Of a stretch of DNA of 64,000 nt, positions 54,280 to 64,000 are shown in pieces. Under the pieces are notes generated by a model. The model made no database searches. It was not told where the DNA came from and saw only the letters and a program-made list of their open reading frames with translations. Within the stretch, counting starts at the first letter, position 1. Each line of letters opens with the position of its first letter. The position numbers and the translations under genes were made by a program. The DNA is from an uncultured delta proteobacterium. GTDB taxonomy: Bacteria; Myxococcota; Myxococcia; Myxococcales; Myxococcaceae. The DNA is taken from contig CAWCKH010000003.1 in NCBI GenBank assembly GCA_963796055.1, forward strand, positions 608,001 to 672,000. The letters run 5' to 3'.

Positions 54280-56481
54280 ATGCCCAGCGCAAGGACGCGC
54301 CTCGCTCTGTCGATCCTCGTCACCGCCGCCGCGGCGCACGCCGCCGAGCCTCCACTCGCGCTCACCCTGGAGCGGATCGTCTCCCGGCGCCCTGCCCTCT
54401 CCGGCACCGCGCCGGCGGCGCCCACCTGGTCGCCCGACGGGAAGCTCCTCGCCTTCCTCTGGAACGACAAGGCCATGCCCGAGCGGCAGGTCTGGGTCGT
54501 GGAACGGGACGGCACCCGGCCGCGCCGGCTGACCGAGGAACGCACCCGGGGCGGCGTCTCCGAGCTGGCCTGGCTTCCCGGTGGGCGGCTGCTCTACCTC
54601 GAGGGCGGTGAGCTGCGGCGCATCCCCGCCACCGGCGGCACGCCCGAGCTGCTCGCTCCCGCCGCGGGTGAGCGGAGCAGCCTCTCGGTCTCTCCCGATG
54701 GGCGGACCGCCGCCTGGCTCGAGGACGGAGACCTCTGGCTGCTCACCCTGGCCGGCGGCAAGCCCATCCGGGCGACGCAGGTGGCGGTGAAGCCCATCGG
54801 CAAGGGCGGCGGGGTCTACCACCGGCCCGACGTCGAGCTCGGCCGTGCCGCATGGGACGAGGCGCTCGCGCCGGCCTGGTCGCAGGACGGGAGATTCCTC
54901 GCGGTGCAGCTCGTCGACCGCCGCGGAGTCCACGCCTTCCCCATCCCCGACTACCTCGCTGGCGAGGCGACGCTGGACCACGTCCGCCGGGGCGCACCCG
55001 GCGAGGTGAACGACAGCCGGTCCGTGGCGCTGGTCGAGGTTCCGACCGGTCGGCTCCGTCTGCTGTCGCTCCCCGAGCCGACCCGCTGGCATCTCGTCAC
55101 CCTGGCCTTCTCTCCCCGGGGACAGCTGCTGGTGGACCGCGAGACGGACGACGCGATCGACCGCGCGCTGCACCTGGTGGACCCGGCCACCGGCGGGCTC
55201 ACCGAGGTGTGGACCGACCAACGGCCGTCGCGCATCTACAACCGTGTCGCCTCGGCCTGGCACCCGGACGGACGGCGCATCCTCCTCACCGGCGACCTGG
55301 ACGACTGGTACCGGCTGTACCTCCTCACCCCTGGCTCGAGAGAGCTGCGGCCACTCACCACCGGACCGCACGACGTGCTGGGCCCGGCCATCGCACCGGC
55401 CGGGGCGAGCGTCATCTACTACCCATCGAATGATCCGGGCCCTGAGCAGCGGCAGGTGTGGCGCATCCCCGCAGGCGGCGGGACGCCGATCCGGGTCAGT
55501 CCCCTGCCGGGCAGAAACGTCGCCTTCGTCTCACCGGACGGCGGCGCGGTGGCATTCCTGCACAGCGACGATGGCGCGCCCACCGAGCTGTACATCGGCC
55601 CGCGTCGCATCACCCGCTCGCCGCCGCCGGAGTTCGACCGCGTGCGCTGGGGCCGCGTCCAGTACCGCACCTTCCCGGGCACCACCGCCGGCGTCCCGCT
55701 GCACGTGCGCATCGTCACCCCGGCGGACCTGGACCCGAAGCGCAGGTACCCGGTGCTCTTCGGCCCGGTCTATAGCAACACCGTCCGCAACCAGTGGGAT
55801 GCGCACTTCGGAGGCCTGATGCAGCTGCTGGTCGAGCACGGCTACGTGCTGGTTCAGGTCGACTCACGGGGGAGCACCGGGTACGGCCGCGCCTTCCGCG
55901 AGAAGTTCCTCTTCGAGTGGGGACGCTCCGACCTCGACGACTACCAGGACGCGGTGGCCGGGATGAAGACGCTGCCGTTCGTCGATCCGGGGCGCATCGG
56001 CATCTTCGGGAGCAGCTACGGAGGGCTCTTGACCATCTTCGCGCTCTTGAAGAAGCCGGGGCTGTTCCAGGCCGGGGTGGCGGGCGCACCGGCGACCGAC
56101 CCGCGCTACTTCGGGAGCGACGACGTGGCCATCACCCGGACCCCGGCCACCCACCCCGAGGTGTTCGAACGGGGGCGCGCCATGGCCTACGCGGCCAGCC
56201 TCCAGGACCCGCTGCTCATCATCCACGGCATGGCGGACGACGTGGTCCCGTTCCAGACCTCGGTGATGCTCGCCGAGGCGATGGTGAAGGCGCACAAGCG
56301 CTTCGAGTTCGCCTTCACCCCCACCGCGACGCACGCCTGGGCCGCCCGCGAGGACGACGCGCTCTACCTCTACGGACGGCTGGTGGACTTCTTCGAGCGG
56401 TGGATTCCGCCCGGCCCGCGCGACGCCGTGACGCCCCGGACGGACGGAGGCAGTCCGCCGGCGGCACCCGGCGCGCGTTGA
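54280..56481 (+). CDS. S9 family peptidase (DPP IV-like), exported
   Basis: Signal peptide, WSPDG propeller repeats, GSSYGG nucleophile, DDVV, ATH. Confidence 0.92.
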   Translation: MPSARTRLALSILVTAAAAHAAEPPLALTLERIVSRRPALSGTAPAAPTWSPDGKLLAFLWNDKAMPERQVWVVERDGTRPRRLTEERTRGGVSELAWLPGGRLLYLEGGELRRIPATGGTPELLAPAAGERSSLSVSPDGRTAAWLEDGDLWLLTLAGGKPIRATQVAVKPIGKGGGVYHRPDVELGRAAWDEALAPAWSQDGRFLAVQLVDRRGVHAFPIPDYLAGEATLDHVRRGAPGEVNDSRSVALVEVPTGRLRLLSLPEPTRWHLVTLAFSPRGQLLVDRETDDAIDRALHLVDPATGGLTEVWTDQRPSRIYNRVASAWHPDGRRILLTGDLDDWYRLYLLTPGSRELRPLTTGPHDVLGPAIAPAGASVIYYPSNDPGPEQRQVWRIPAGGGTPIRVSPLPGRNVAFVSPDGGAVAFLHSDDGAPTELYIGPRRITRSPPPEFDRVRWGRVQYRTFPGTTAGVPLHVRIVTPADLDPKRRYPVLFGPVYSNTVRNQWDAHFGGLMQLLVEHGYVLVQVDSRGSTGYGRAFREKFLFEWGRSDLDDYQDAVAGMKTLPFVDPGRIGIFGSSYGGLLTIFALLKKPGLFQAGVAGAPATDPRYFGSDDVAITRTPATHPEVFERGRAMAYAASLQDPLLIIHGMADDVVPFQTSVMLAEAMVKAHKRFEFAFTPTATHAWAAREDDALYLYGRLVDFFERWIPPGPRDAVTPRTDGGSPPAAPGAR

Positions 56482-56526
56482 GCGAGCTCCATCACCAGGG
56501 GTGATGCCGCCTGAGTTGACCGGCGC

Positions 56527-56724
56527 TCAGCGCTTCCGGAGCCGCTTCCTCTTCGCCGCCGTCCGGCGCGAGGCGCGGAGGTGCGCGGCGACCCGCGGCA
56601 CGCAGGCGATGACCGCGGTGCAGATCATCGCGGTGATCGCGGCGAGGGCGGCCGAGCGCTGCAGGTGGAGGATGCGCGACACCGAGAGCGTCGCCAGGAC
56701 CAGGGTCGAGGTGAATGCGAGCAA
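56527..56724 (-). CDS. Possible small two-TM protein with basic tail
   Basis: TTG start without clear SD; hydrophobic then Arg/Lys-rich. Confidence 0.25.
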   Translation of the reverse strand: MLAFTSTLVLATLSVSRILHLQRSAALAAITAMICTAVIACVPRVAAHLRASRRTAAKRKRLRKR

Positions 56725-56803
56725 GGGGGCCCGGAATCTACCAGGGGCCGCCCGACCCCGCGCTCGTCCCGCGGGACAAGGGGCAGGCGACCCCGGGACA
56801 ACG

Positions 56804-58753
56804 TCAGACGTGTTCCGACGCCGTGGTTCCCTCGCCCGCCGAGTCGCCCGCGGGCTGCAGGTGCTCGGTCGCGCTCCCCACACCCTCGTGGTCAGGTGGC
56901 TCGGGCATCGGCTCCGGCGGCGGTGCGGGTGGGAGCGCCTCGAGCCGGTCCGCCTCGGCATCCTCCCCGGCACGTCGGAACAGCCGGATGGCCTCGTTCC
57001 GGTTGCCGAGCTCCTCCGCCAGCCGCGCGCCCTTCCCGAACTGACCGGCCTTCTCCAGCAGCGGGAACGCCTTGTCCTTCCTGCCCGCGGCCTCCCAGGC
57101 CTCGGCAGCGTCGGCCGGACGCTCGAGCAGCTCGAGCCAGCGCGCCCGGGCCATCGACTTGGACTCCTCGGTCGCCCGCTGCAGCTCGCGCTCGCCCAGC
57201 GCCTTGGCCTCGGCGTTCAGCCCCAGCTGCTGCATGAAGCGGAAGCCCTTCGGCGGGGGCAAGGGCTCGAGCAGCTTCGCCGCCTGCTCGCGCCGGCGCG
57301 CCTGCACCAGAAGCAGCGCCGCGCCGAGGCGGTCGCCCCGCTCTACCAGCCGGTCCACCTCCAGCGTCCGCACCCGGTCCACCGACGCCACGTCCCGCGC
57401 GCGCTCGTAGGCCTTCCGGGCGGCGCTCAGCTTCCCGGACCGTTCCCAGGCGAGGCCCGCCTGGTCGAACTGCCGGGCCCGCTCGTAGAGCTTTGCCACC
57501 TCGTCGAAGTGGCCGGACTTCACGTGCAACTCCATCAGCAGCTCCCAGCCCTCTGCCTTCTCGAGGATCGTCTGGGCCTCGCCGGGCGGAAGCTGAGTCG
57601 CCAGCCGCCGGCCGGCGTCCATGTCCTTGGCGGCGAGCGCCGCCCGGAGCGCCGAGCGCAGGTCCCCCCCGGACTCGAAGAGCCGGGCCGCGTCGGCGAA
57701 GGAGCCGTGCTTGTCGTGCAGGCGCGCCGCGTCGCGGGTCCGCCCGCGCGACTCGAGGAAGTCCGCCTGCCCCTTCCAGTCCCCGGCCAGCTCGGGCGGG
57801 ATCTCCAGGGGCGCCCCGCGAGCCGTCCCTGGCACCCGCTCCACGCGGGGCGCCCGCTCGGGCCGTCCGGGCCGCTCTCGCCGCTCGCCGCGCTCGGGCC
57901 GCTCGCGGCCACCCCGGCGTCCGGCGCCGCCACGCTCGGCCGGCGCCGTCTCGGAGGCCGCCGGTCCCGGAGGGGCGCGCAGCTCGTCCGCGCTGGGCCG
58001 TCGGCCTGCCGCGGCGAAAGCGGTGTCCGCCCGCTCCTGCTCGCCGACCGCCGCCCAGGCCAGCCCCACCCGGAACAGCACCTCGCCATGGGCCCGCGCC
58101 GGGGTCATCGTCGCCGGTGCCGAAGGGCGCGGAGTGGCCTCGGCGGTGCCGCTGGCCTCTGCCGGTGGCACCGGAATCGCCTCCGCGCCGGTGTCCGGAG
58201 AGGCGGACGTGGCCACCGAGGCCGCCTCCGCCGTCGCGGCCTCGGTGGGCGGGGAGCCCTCGCTGCCGCCGGGAGACTCGGCCAGTTGCTCCGGAGGAAC
58301 GTCCGGCGGCGCCGCCTGCTCGCTCTCGCCCGGAACGTCCGCCGGGCCGGCGCTCGCGTCCGGCGCCGCGAGCGACTCCGGACCGGGCGCCGCGGGCCCG
58401 GGCTGGCGTGCCACCCGGGAGAGGGTGGTGATGAGCCGCCCCCGGGTGTCCATGTCCAGATCTTGAAGCGAGCGGGCACGCGCCTGCCGGAGCGCCTTCA
58501 CCACCGCATCGAGCGGCTGGAGCTCGGCTGCGAAGTCGCCCCTGGCCAGCGCCTTCTCCAGCGCCGAGAGCTCGGGCACGACGCGCCCGCCCGTGCCCCC
58601 GAGGCCGCCCTCGCGACGCCGATCGCCCCGGTCGCGGCCGCCACGGCCGCCGGGTCCACCGCGGTCACCCCGACCGCCGCCCCGTCCTGCCGGTCCCTCG
58701 CCGCGGCGCCCCTGCCCCGGGCGCCCAGGTCCCTGTCCACTGTCCACTGCCAC
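56804..58753 (-). CDS. Helical-repeat (TPR-like) protein with RGG-rich N-terminus, in the glt cluster
   Basis: Starts 11 nt after the gltH stop; AARLFES/AKLYERA/AEAWEAA repeats; low-complexity linkers. Confidence 0.75.
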   Translation of the reverse strand: MAVDSGQGPGRPGQGRRGEGPAGRGGGRGDRGGPGGRGGRDRGDRRREGGLGGTGGRVVPELSALEKALARGDFAAELQPLDAVVKALRQARARSLQDLDMDTRGRLITTLSRVARQPGPAAPGPESLAAPDASAGPADVPGESEQAAPPDVPPEQLAESPGGSEGSPPTEAATAEAASVATSASPDTGAEAIPVPPAEASGTAEATPRPSAPATMTPARAHGEVLFRVGLAWAAVGEQERADTAFAAAGRRPSADELRAPPGPAASETAPAERGGAGRRGGRERPERGERRERPGRPERAPRVERVPGTARGAPLEIPPELAGDWKGQADFLESRGRTRDAARLHDKHGSFADAARLFESGGDLRSALRAALAAKDMDAGRRLATQLPPGEAQTILEKAEGWELLMELHVKSGHFDEVAKLYERARQFDQAGLAWERSGKLSAARKAYERARDVASVDRVRTLEVDRLVERGDRLGAALLLVQARRREQAAKLLEPLPPPKGFRFMQQLGLNAEAKALGERELQRATEESKSMARARWLELLERPADAAEAWEAAGRKDKAFPLLEKAGQFGKGARLAEELGNRNEAIRLFRRAGEDAEADRLEALPPAPPPEPMPEPPDHEGVGSATEHLQPAGDSAGEGTTASEHV

Positions 58754-58764
58754 GGCTGCCCTCG

Positions 58765-59412
58765 CTAGAAGGCGTAGCGCAGGTTCGGCGTGATGGCGAA
58801 GCCGAACGTCTTGGGCTTCAACAGGTACGAACCCACGATTTCCACGCCCACCGAAAAGTGTCGAAGGCGCGTGTAGTACTGCAACCCGGGTCCGCCGAAC
58901 ACAAGAATGCTTCCGTAGCTGTCGGTTGGGTCGGAGGCGAACAGGGCGTTGGGCTTGAGCAGCGCGAGGCCCCCTCCTGCCTTGAGGTACAGCCAGGTTC
59001 GCTGGACGGCCTGGCTGTCGGCGAACCCGAGGAAGTTCCACTGCACCGCCAGCCCGGTGGCGATGCTCGAGAAGTCACCGGAGGCGGTCCCGCCGGAGCT
59101 CCCGACGTAGTCCGAGTTGGCGGAGTAGGTGTTCCCGGCGAAGAACACGCCCAGCGACACGACCTTGCCGATGTCGTAGCCAATCTCCAGCCGCAGGGTG
59201 GCCCCGGAGCTGAAGGGCTTGTTTCCACCGCTCGGCGCCGGCGCGGCGGTGAGGAACGCCGGGCCGATGTCGAGACCGAAGTAGACCCCGCGGGTGATCT
59301 CGTCCACCGGCGGCTCGGTCGAGGCGAGGATCGGCGCCGCGGCCTGTGCCCGGAGCGGGCCGGCCCACAGCGAGGTGAGGACCACCACCATCCCCAGGAG
59401 GGAGCGGTTCAT
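58765..59412 (-). CDS. gltH: Gliding motility outer-membrane beta-barrel GltH-like
   Basis: Signal peptide, EITRG, YYTRLRHFSVG, C-terminal LRYAF; position after gltG. Confidence 0.75.
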   Translation of the reverse strand: MNRSLLGMVVVLTSLWAGPLRAQAAAPILASTEPPVDEITRGVYFGLDIGPAFLTAAPAPSGGNKPFSSGATLRLEIGYDIGKVVSLGVFFAGNTYSANSDYVGSSGGTASGDFSSIATGLAVQWNFLGFADSQAVQRTWLYLKAGGGLALLKPNALFASDPTDSYGSILVFGGPGLQYYTRLRHFSVGVEIVGSYLLKPKTFGFAITPNLRYAF

Positions 59413-59419
59413 GTAGGCG

Positions 59420-61403
59420 TCATTCCCCTGCTTGCTTGAACACGAACGGGTAGGTCACCACCGCCACGCCGCCGCCCTTGGGCTTGGGGAAGATCCAGGT
59501 CAACACGCGGCCGGCGATGCACCGGTCGAGCTCGGGCGTGTTGGTGGTGGAGCTCATCACGTTGGACGAGGCCACCGTCCCCGCCTCGGTGATGATCCAC
59601 CGGACCGACACCTTGCCGGTGAGCTTCGGATTCTTGGTGAGCGCGTTGTCGTAGCAGTACTTGAGCTGGTCGTGGTGGCTCCGCACGACGCGCCGGATGA
59701 GCTCCGGGTCCATCGAGCCGGTCACTTCGGGGTCGGACTGGGTGATGGAGATGTCCGCGCTGGACTTCTTCCCCATCCCGATCCCGGTCCCGTACTTGCC
59801 CTCGCCCCCTGCCACACCGCGCGTGCCCACCGCGCCGATGCCGATGGTGTTGCCCGTGCCGCCGCCGCCCCCGCCGCTGCCCTTCAGGCCCATGCCCAGC
59901 ACGCCGCCGGCGTCACCGACGGTCGAGCCGGTCATGTGGCCCATCGCCGCCTGGAGGCTGCCGCCGAGTCCCGCCCGGCCGAACAAGGTGGCGATGCCCG
60001 CGTTACCCTTCCCGCCGAAGATCCGCTGGGCGATGAGCCGCGCCTGGTCCTTGCTGTTGGGGTCGATGGCCTTCGGGGAGGCCTTGGCATCGCGGTTGGG
60101 CGCGTTCTTCCTGCCCATCTGCCCTTCGGTGCCCTGGAAGGCCGCCGGCGCCTCGCCCTTCTCCTTGGCCTTGTTCAGCTGCTCGATGAAGGGGTTCTTC
60201 TGCATCTCCGGCGGCTTCACCAGCAGCTTGGTGAGCACCGCGGTGTTGCCCGAGAGCTCGTCGGTGAACTCATCGCCCGAGGCCGCCCGGGTGATGGCCG
60301 CCACCACCAGGAGCCCGGCGAAGAAGAACACCAGGAGAAAGATGTTGAGCGCGGTCCAGTCGAGGCTCTCGGTGAGAGGCACCGCCACCCGCTGCGGGAC
60401 CGGCTGGAAGCAGAGATCCACCACCACCCCGCCCACGTCCACCAGCGCGACGTCGTCCGGCTCCAGGGCGATGGTGTAGGCGTCGTCCTCGCGCGTGGCC
60501 ATCCCCGACTCGATGGCCTGCAGCAAGGTGACGATCCGACCCTTGCGCTCCAGCTCGCCGGTCATCTGGCCGGTGATGCGGAGGGTGAAGCCACCGGCGC
60601 CGTCGGCGCTCACCAGCACGAACGATGGCGCGCCCAGCCGCTGGTCGCCGAGGGTGAAGTCCACTCCCGCGGCGCTGCCGATCTTGAACTCACCCTTGTG
60701 CTTCGGGCCCAGCAGCTGCTCGGCGAGGATTCTGATCGCCCCAGCGGAAGCGGAGCTCGAGTCCCAGCGGGCCCGCGCCCTTGCGGCGCAGCGGGCGCTC
60801 CCGGCCATCGAGGCGCGGCCAGGTCTCCTCGGGCGCGGTGGGACGCGGAGCGACCGGGGCCCGCGCGACGACCGGCGCGGGAGCGGGAGCAGCCGGAACG
60901 GGAGGGCGGACGGCAGGGGCCGCCGCGGGCACGGGCGTTGCCGCCGGAGTCACGATGGCCCGCGCGACGCTCGCCACGGGGACGGAGCGGGCCGCCTCCG
61001 AGAGCACGACAGCCGGCGACAGGCCGTTCCCGTTGGTGTGCACCGGAGCCGGGGCCGGAAGCTGGGCGGCAGCGGAGGCAAGCGCGGCCGCGGCCTTCGC
61101 CGTGGCCCCGTCCTCCACCTTGATCAGCGTGTTCCCGACCCGGATCTCGTCGCCGAAAGAAAGGACGCCCTTGTTCACCCGGCGGCCGTTGACCCAGGTG
61201 CCCTCCACGCTGCCCATGTCGATGATCGACAGCTTGCCGTCGGGGGCGACCTCGATGACCGAGTGGATGCGGCTGACCTTGTCGTCGTCGAGGCAGAGGT
61301 GCGCGGAGGCGAGCCGACCGATCTTGATGATGTCTCGGTCGTAGTCCTTCGCCGCGACCATCGCGTCGCCCTTGAAGACCTTGAGTGTGAGGGGCACGGC
61401 CAC
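59420..61403 (-). CDS. gltG: Gliding motility protein GltG (FHA, TM, Gly-rich, TonB-C), frameshifted near 60730
   Basis: FHA IKIGRLASAH...VSRIHS...GTWVNG; C-terminal YCY...FPKPKGGGVAVVTYPFVFK; removing one A from GATCAGAATC rejoins the two ORFs. Confidence 0.88.
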
Positions 61404-61431
61404 GGTTGTCGTCGCTCTCTCTCTCGAAACG

Positions 61432-61695
61432 CTACAACTCGTCCACCGACTGCATCACCTTGTCGCGGTACTCCTCGCGGATCCGGATGAGGTTGGAGTG
61501 CGGCACCTTCTTCAGTGCCTCGACGTACTCGCCGTCGGGCCGGCTGAGGTCACCCTCGATGGTGTCCTCCTCGAAGCTGAACTCGCTGCGCTTCTGCGCC
61601 TTCGCCGCAGCGGCCTCTGCCGAGCTGGCCGCCGACTTGTCCTGCGCGGCCGCGATCCACGGCACGAGAGCCACGATCAACATCCACACTCGCAT
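61432..61695 (-). CDS. gltF: Gliding motility protein GltF-like
   Basis: Signal peptide; FEEDTIEGDLSRPDGEYV...HSNLIRIRE...KVMQSVDEL. Confidence 0.85.
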   Translation of the reverse strand: MRVWMLIVALVPWIAAAQDKSAASSAEAAAAKAQKRSEFSFEEDTIEGDLSRPDGEYVEALKKVPHSNLIRIREEYRDKVMQSVDEL

Positions 61696-61820
61696 GACGC
61701 GTCCAACCCCCGAAGTTCTCCCCGACCCGGGAGATCCGCCTGGTTTCAATCTACATCGAATGGCGGAGGCCACACCAAACCCCGACTTCCCTGCGTCCCC
61801 CTCCGACGGACCACACACGC

Positions 61821-63137
61821 CTACAGCTTCTCCGGTACGTCCTTTCCGGTGTCCCCTGCCGTGCCTTTCGCCGGCGTCCCCTTCGCCGCCCGGTCCTCGG
61901 CGTCCTTGAGCCGTTGCTGCTGGAGCTTCTGCGCCTGGTCCAGGGTCTTGGCCTGCTGATCCTGCGCGCGGGCCTGCGACTTCGCCGCCACCAGGGCCTC
62001 GGCCTCGCGCCGCAGCGCGAGCACCGAAGCGTCGTTGGGGAGCGCCGACTCGCCCCCGGAGAGCGCGACATACTGCTTGTAGAGCTCGAGCGATTTCTCG
62101 GGCGCGTCCTTGTAGCGCTGCATCACGATGCCCCGGTTCAGGTAGATGGCAGCCAGCCGGGGCTGCAGCCTCTCCGCCGCCTCGTACTCGGCAAGCGCCT
62201 TGTCTGGCTGCCCGAGCCCCCGGTACGCCACACCCAGGTCGAGGTGGACCTCGGCGGTCCCGCCCCCGTCGGCCACTGCCCGGGAGAGGTGCTTCTCGGC
62301 CGCGGCGAAGTCCTCGTCCCGCAGCGCGAGCCGGGCCAGCGCCAATCGCGCCGGGACGAACCCCGGGCTCCCCTCCAGCGCCTTCTGGTACTGGGCCGCC
62401 GCCTTGTCCGCCGAGCCCTTGGCCAGCTGGGTGTCGCCGATGGCCAGGTACAGGTCCGGGTCGGTGGTGGAGATCTTCAGCGCCCGCACCCCGACCAGCT
62501 CGGCCATGGCGAACTGCTTCCGGTCGAGGTTGCTCCTGAGCAGAGTCTTGTAGGCGTCGAGGTTCTTGGGATCGCGGATGAGCGCCTGGCGGGACAGCTC
62601 CTGCGCCCGGTCGTGGTCGCTGGACAGCCGGTAGAGCTCGGCCAGCTGGGCGCGGCTCTCGGAGTCGTCGGGGAAGGCCCGGGCGACGTCGTTCCACTGG
62701 GCGATGGCCGAGGCCAGGTCGCCCTGGGCGCGGGTGAGCCGAGCCAGCCCCTCGGCAGCGGGCTTGAGCGAGGACTTCTTCTGCAGCGCCGAGCGGTAGA
62801 GCGCGTACGCCTGCTCACGCTTGCCCTGGCGCTCGGCGAGGACCCCCAGGTTGTAGTCGGCCTCGGCGAAGGTCGGGTCGGCCTGGCGGACCGCCTCGAA
62901 CCGCCGCTCTAGCGCCGCGTCGTCACGGGACCCGGACTTGGCCTGCGCCTCGGCGGCCTTGGTGGCGTCCTCGAAGAGCAGCAGCGCCCGGGAGTTCGGG
63001 GCGCCGGCGGCGGGCGCGCTGACCGGAGCGGCAGCCGCCTTCTCCGCCGGAGCCGAGGTGGCGCAGGCGGTGGCGAGGAGCGCGGCAGTGGTGGTGGCGA
63101 GGAGTCGGCGTGCGGACATGACGGGCGTGGAGATCAC
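61821..63137 (-). CDS. gltE: TPR lipoprotein GltE/AglT
   Basis: Lipobox LATAC, TPR repeats (YNLGVLAE), coiled-coil tail; between gltD and gltF. Confidence 0.85.
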   Translation of the reverse strand: MISTPVMSARRLLATTTAALLATACATSAPAEKAAAAPVSAPAAGAPNSRALLLFEDATKAAEAQAKSGSRDDAALERRFEAVRQADPTFAEADYNLGVLAERQGKREQAYALYRSALQKKSSLKPAAEGLARLTRAQGDLASAIAQWNDVARAFPDDSESRAQLAELYRLSSDHDRAQELSRQALIRDPKNLDAYKTLLRSNLDRKQFAMAELVGVRALKISTTDPDLYLAIGDTQLAKGSADKAAAQYQKALEGSPGFVPARLALARLALRDEDFAAAEKHLSRAVADGGGTAEVHLDLGVAYRGLGQPDKALAEYEAAERLQPRLAAIYLNRGIVMQRYKDAPEKSLELYKQYVALSGGESALPNDASVLALRREAEALVAAKSQARAQDQQAKTLDQAQKLQQQRLKDAEDRAAKGTPAKGTAGDTGKDVPEKL

Positions 63138-64000
63138 TGGCGAAGGTCCTCCGGCTCGGCGTCGGCGGCCGGCTTCTTCGGCTGGCTGGCGCTCGCCGGC
63201 ACGACCTCGGGCGCGCGGGCGTCCGCCGGCCGGTGGCCGGGGCGGAGGTCGCTCGCGTCGTCCTGTCGGCCGCTGCCCGAGGCCGCCTGCGGCTCACGGG
63301 TCACCACCGGACGGCCAGGCGGCAGCCCGGCGCTGGTTCCCTTGAGCACCACCCCGGGCATGGGCGGCTGCACCTGGGTGAGGAGCTGGGGTGGAGGCGG
63401 CTGCACGCCGCGATCCTGCCGCGGGTTGGACACCTCCTCGAGGAGCGGCGGGTACTGCGCCGGGCGGTAGGTGGTGCGCAGGACTTGCAGACTCTTGGTG
63501 GCGCAATCGCTGCGGATGCCGAGCTCGCGGCTCTTGGCCACCGCGGCGGCGAAGTGGTCCGCGGCCTTCTCCCGGATGGGCTGGGCCTGCTGCTCGAGCT
63601 GGTTCTTCAGCTCCTCCTGGGCCTCGGGGGGCAGCGAGCGGAGCATCGGGGCGTTGGCCACCGCGTCCGCCATGTTCTCGTAGGCCAGACCGATCTTCCG
63701 CAGCGAGCAGATGGCGGGCTCGGGAGCACCCAAGGCGACGGTGTTGGTGTACAGCCGGTTGATCTCGTCCAGCGACTTGCCCTTCTCCTTGATGCTGTCG
63801 CGGAAGCCCTTCACCGGGTCGCCGCCCTTGCCCCAGTGGAGCTTCTGCCGGGCGTAGTACTGGAACTGCTCCTCGTTCTTGGCGTAGGTCGCCCGGGCCA
63901 CCGCCTCCTTGGCCGCCGGCTCCAGGGCGTCCTTCTGACGCCGGTAGAGCTTGTCGTAGTAGTCGAGGATCGTCTTCTGCCGCCGGGCGACCGCGCGGGG
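63134..64000 (-). CDS. gltD: GltD/AgmU TPR protein, C-terminal part (5' outside window)
   Basis: PAICSLRKIGLAY, QAQPIREKA, KSRELG, ends EPEDLRQ; overlaps the gltE start. Confidence 0.78.
   Translation of the reverse strand, partial: PRAVARRQKTILDYYDKLYRRQKDALEPAAKEAVARATYAKNEEQFQYYARQKLHWGKGGDPVKGFRDSIKEKGKSLDEINRLYTNTVALGAPEPAICSLRKIGLAYENMADAVANAPMLRSLPPEAQEELKNQLEQQAQPIREKAADHFAAAVAKSRELGIRSDCATKSLQVLRTTYRPAQYPPLLEEVSNPRQDRGVQPPPPQLLTQVQPPMPGVVLKGTSAGLPPGRPVVTREPQAASGSGRQDDASDLRPGHRPADARAPEVVPASASQPKKPAADAEPEDLRQ

Noticed and set aside
39500..60745. Programmed frameshifting in gltJ and gltG
   Set aside because: No slippery heptamer or obvious stimulatory structure at either site; single-base sequencing errors are the simpler explanation.

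Overview
High-GC window, most likely from a Myxococcota (Myxococcales-like) genome; the glt gliding genes and a TIGR04552-type gene point to this lineage. From left to right it contains: (1) the 5' part of a Tat-exported [NiFe]-hydrogenase small subunit, preceded by hypF-hypC-hypD-hypE and a coupled crotonase-fold gene that carries HypX-like Tyr/Glu residues; (2) a MacAB-type exporter and a metal-handling block (ferritin-like protein, HupE/UreJ, TonB-dependent receptor with a His-rich upstream ORF ending QAP-stop, low-affinity iron permease); (3) MscS-like and cation/proton antiporter genes, a CBS protein, a gluzincin, alkaline phosphatase, a CDF transporter and MarR; (4) a roughly 9 kb minus-strand respiratory module just downstream of tRNA-Leu(TAA), encoding a cupredoxin-like protein, a thioredoxin/SCO-like protein, a Cyc2-like cytochrome-porin, two diheme cytochromes c and an A-type heme-copper oxidase that appears to lack the K-channel residues; (5) ffh and the gltD-E-F-G-H...I-J gliding cluster, interrupted by about 6 kb of accessory genes (ECF sigma with twin promoters, ABC-F pseudogene, S9 peptidase), with single-base frameshifts in gltG and gltJ. 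The best candidates for undescribed biology are the Cyc2-to-oxidase electron-uptake module, the putative metal-sensing ribosome-arrest leader of the TonB receptor, and the stand-alone HypX-C-like enzyme. All family assignments come from motif recognition by eye; no database search was run.
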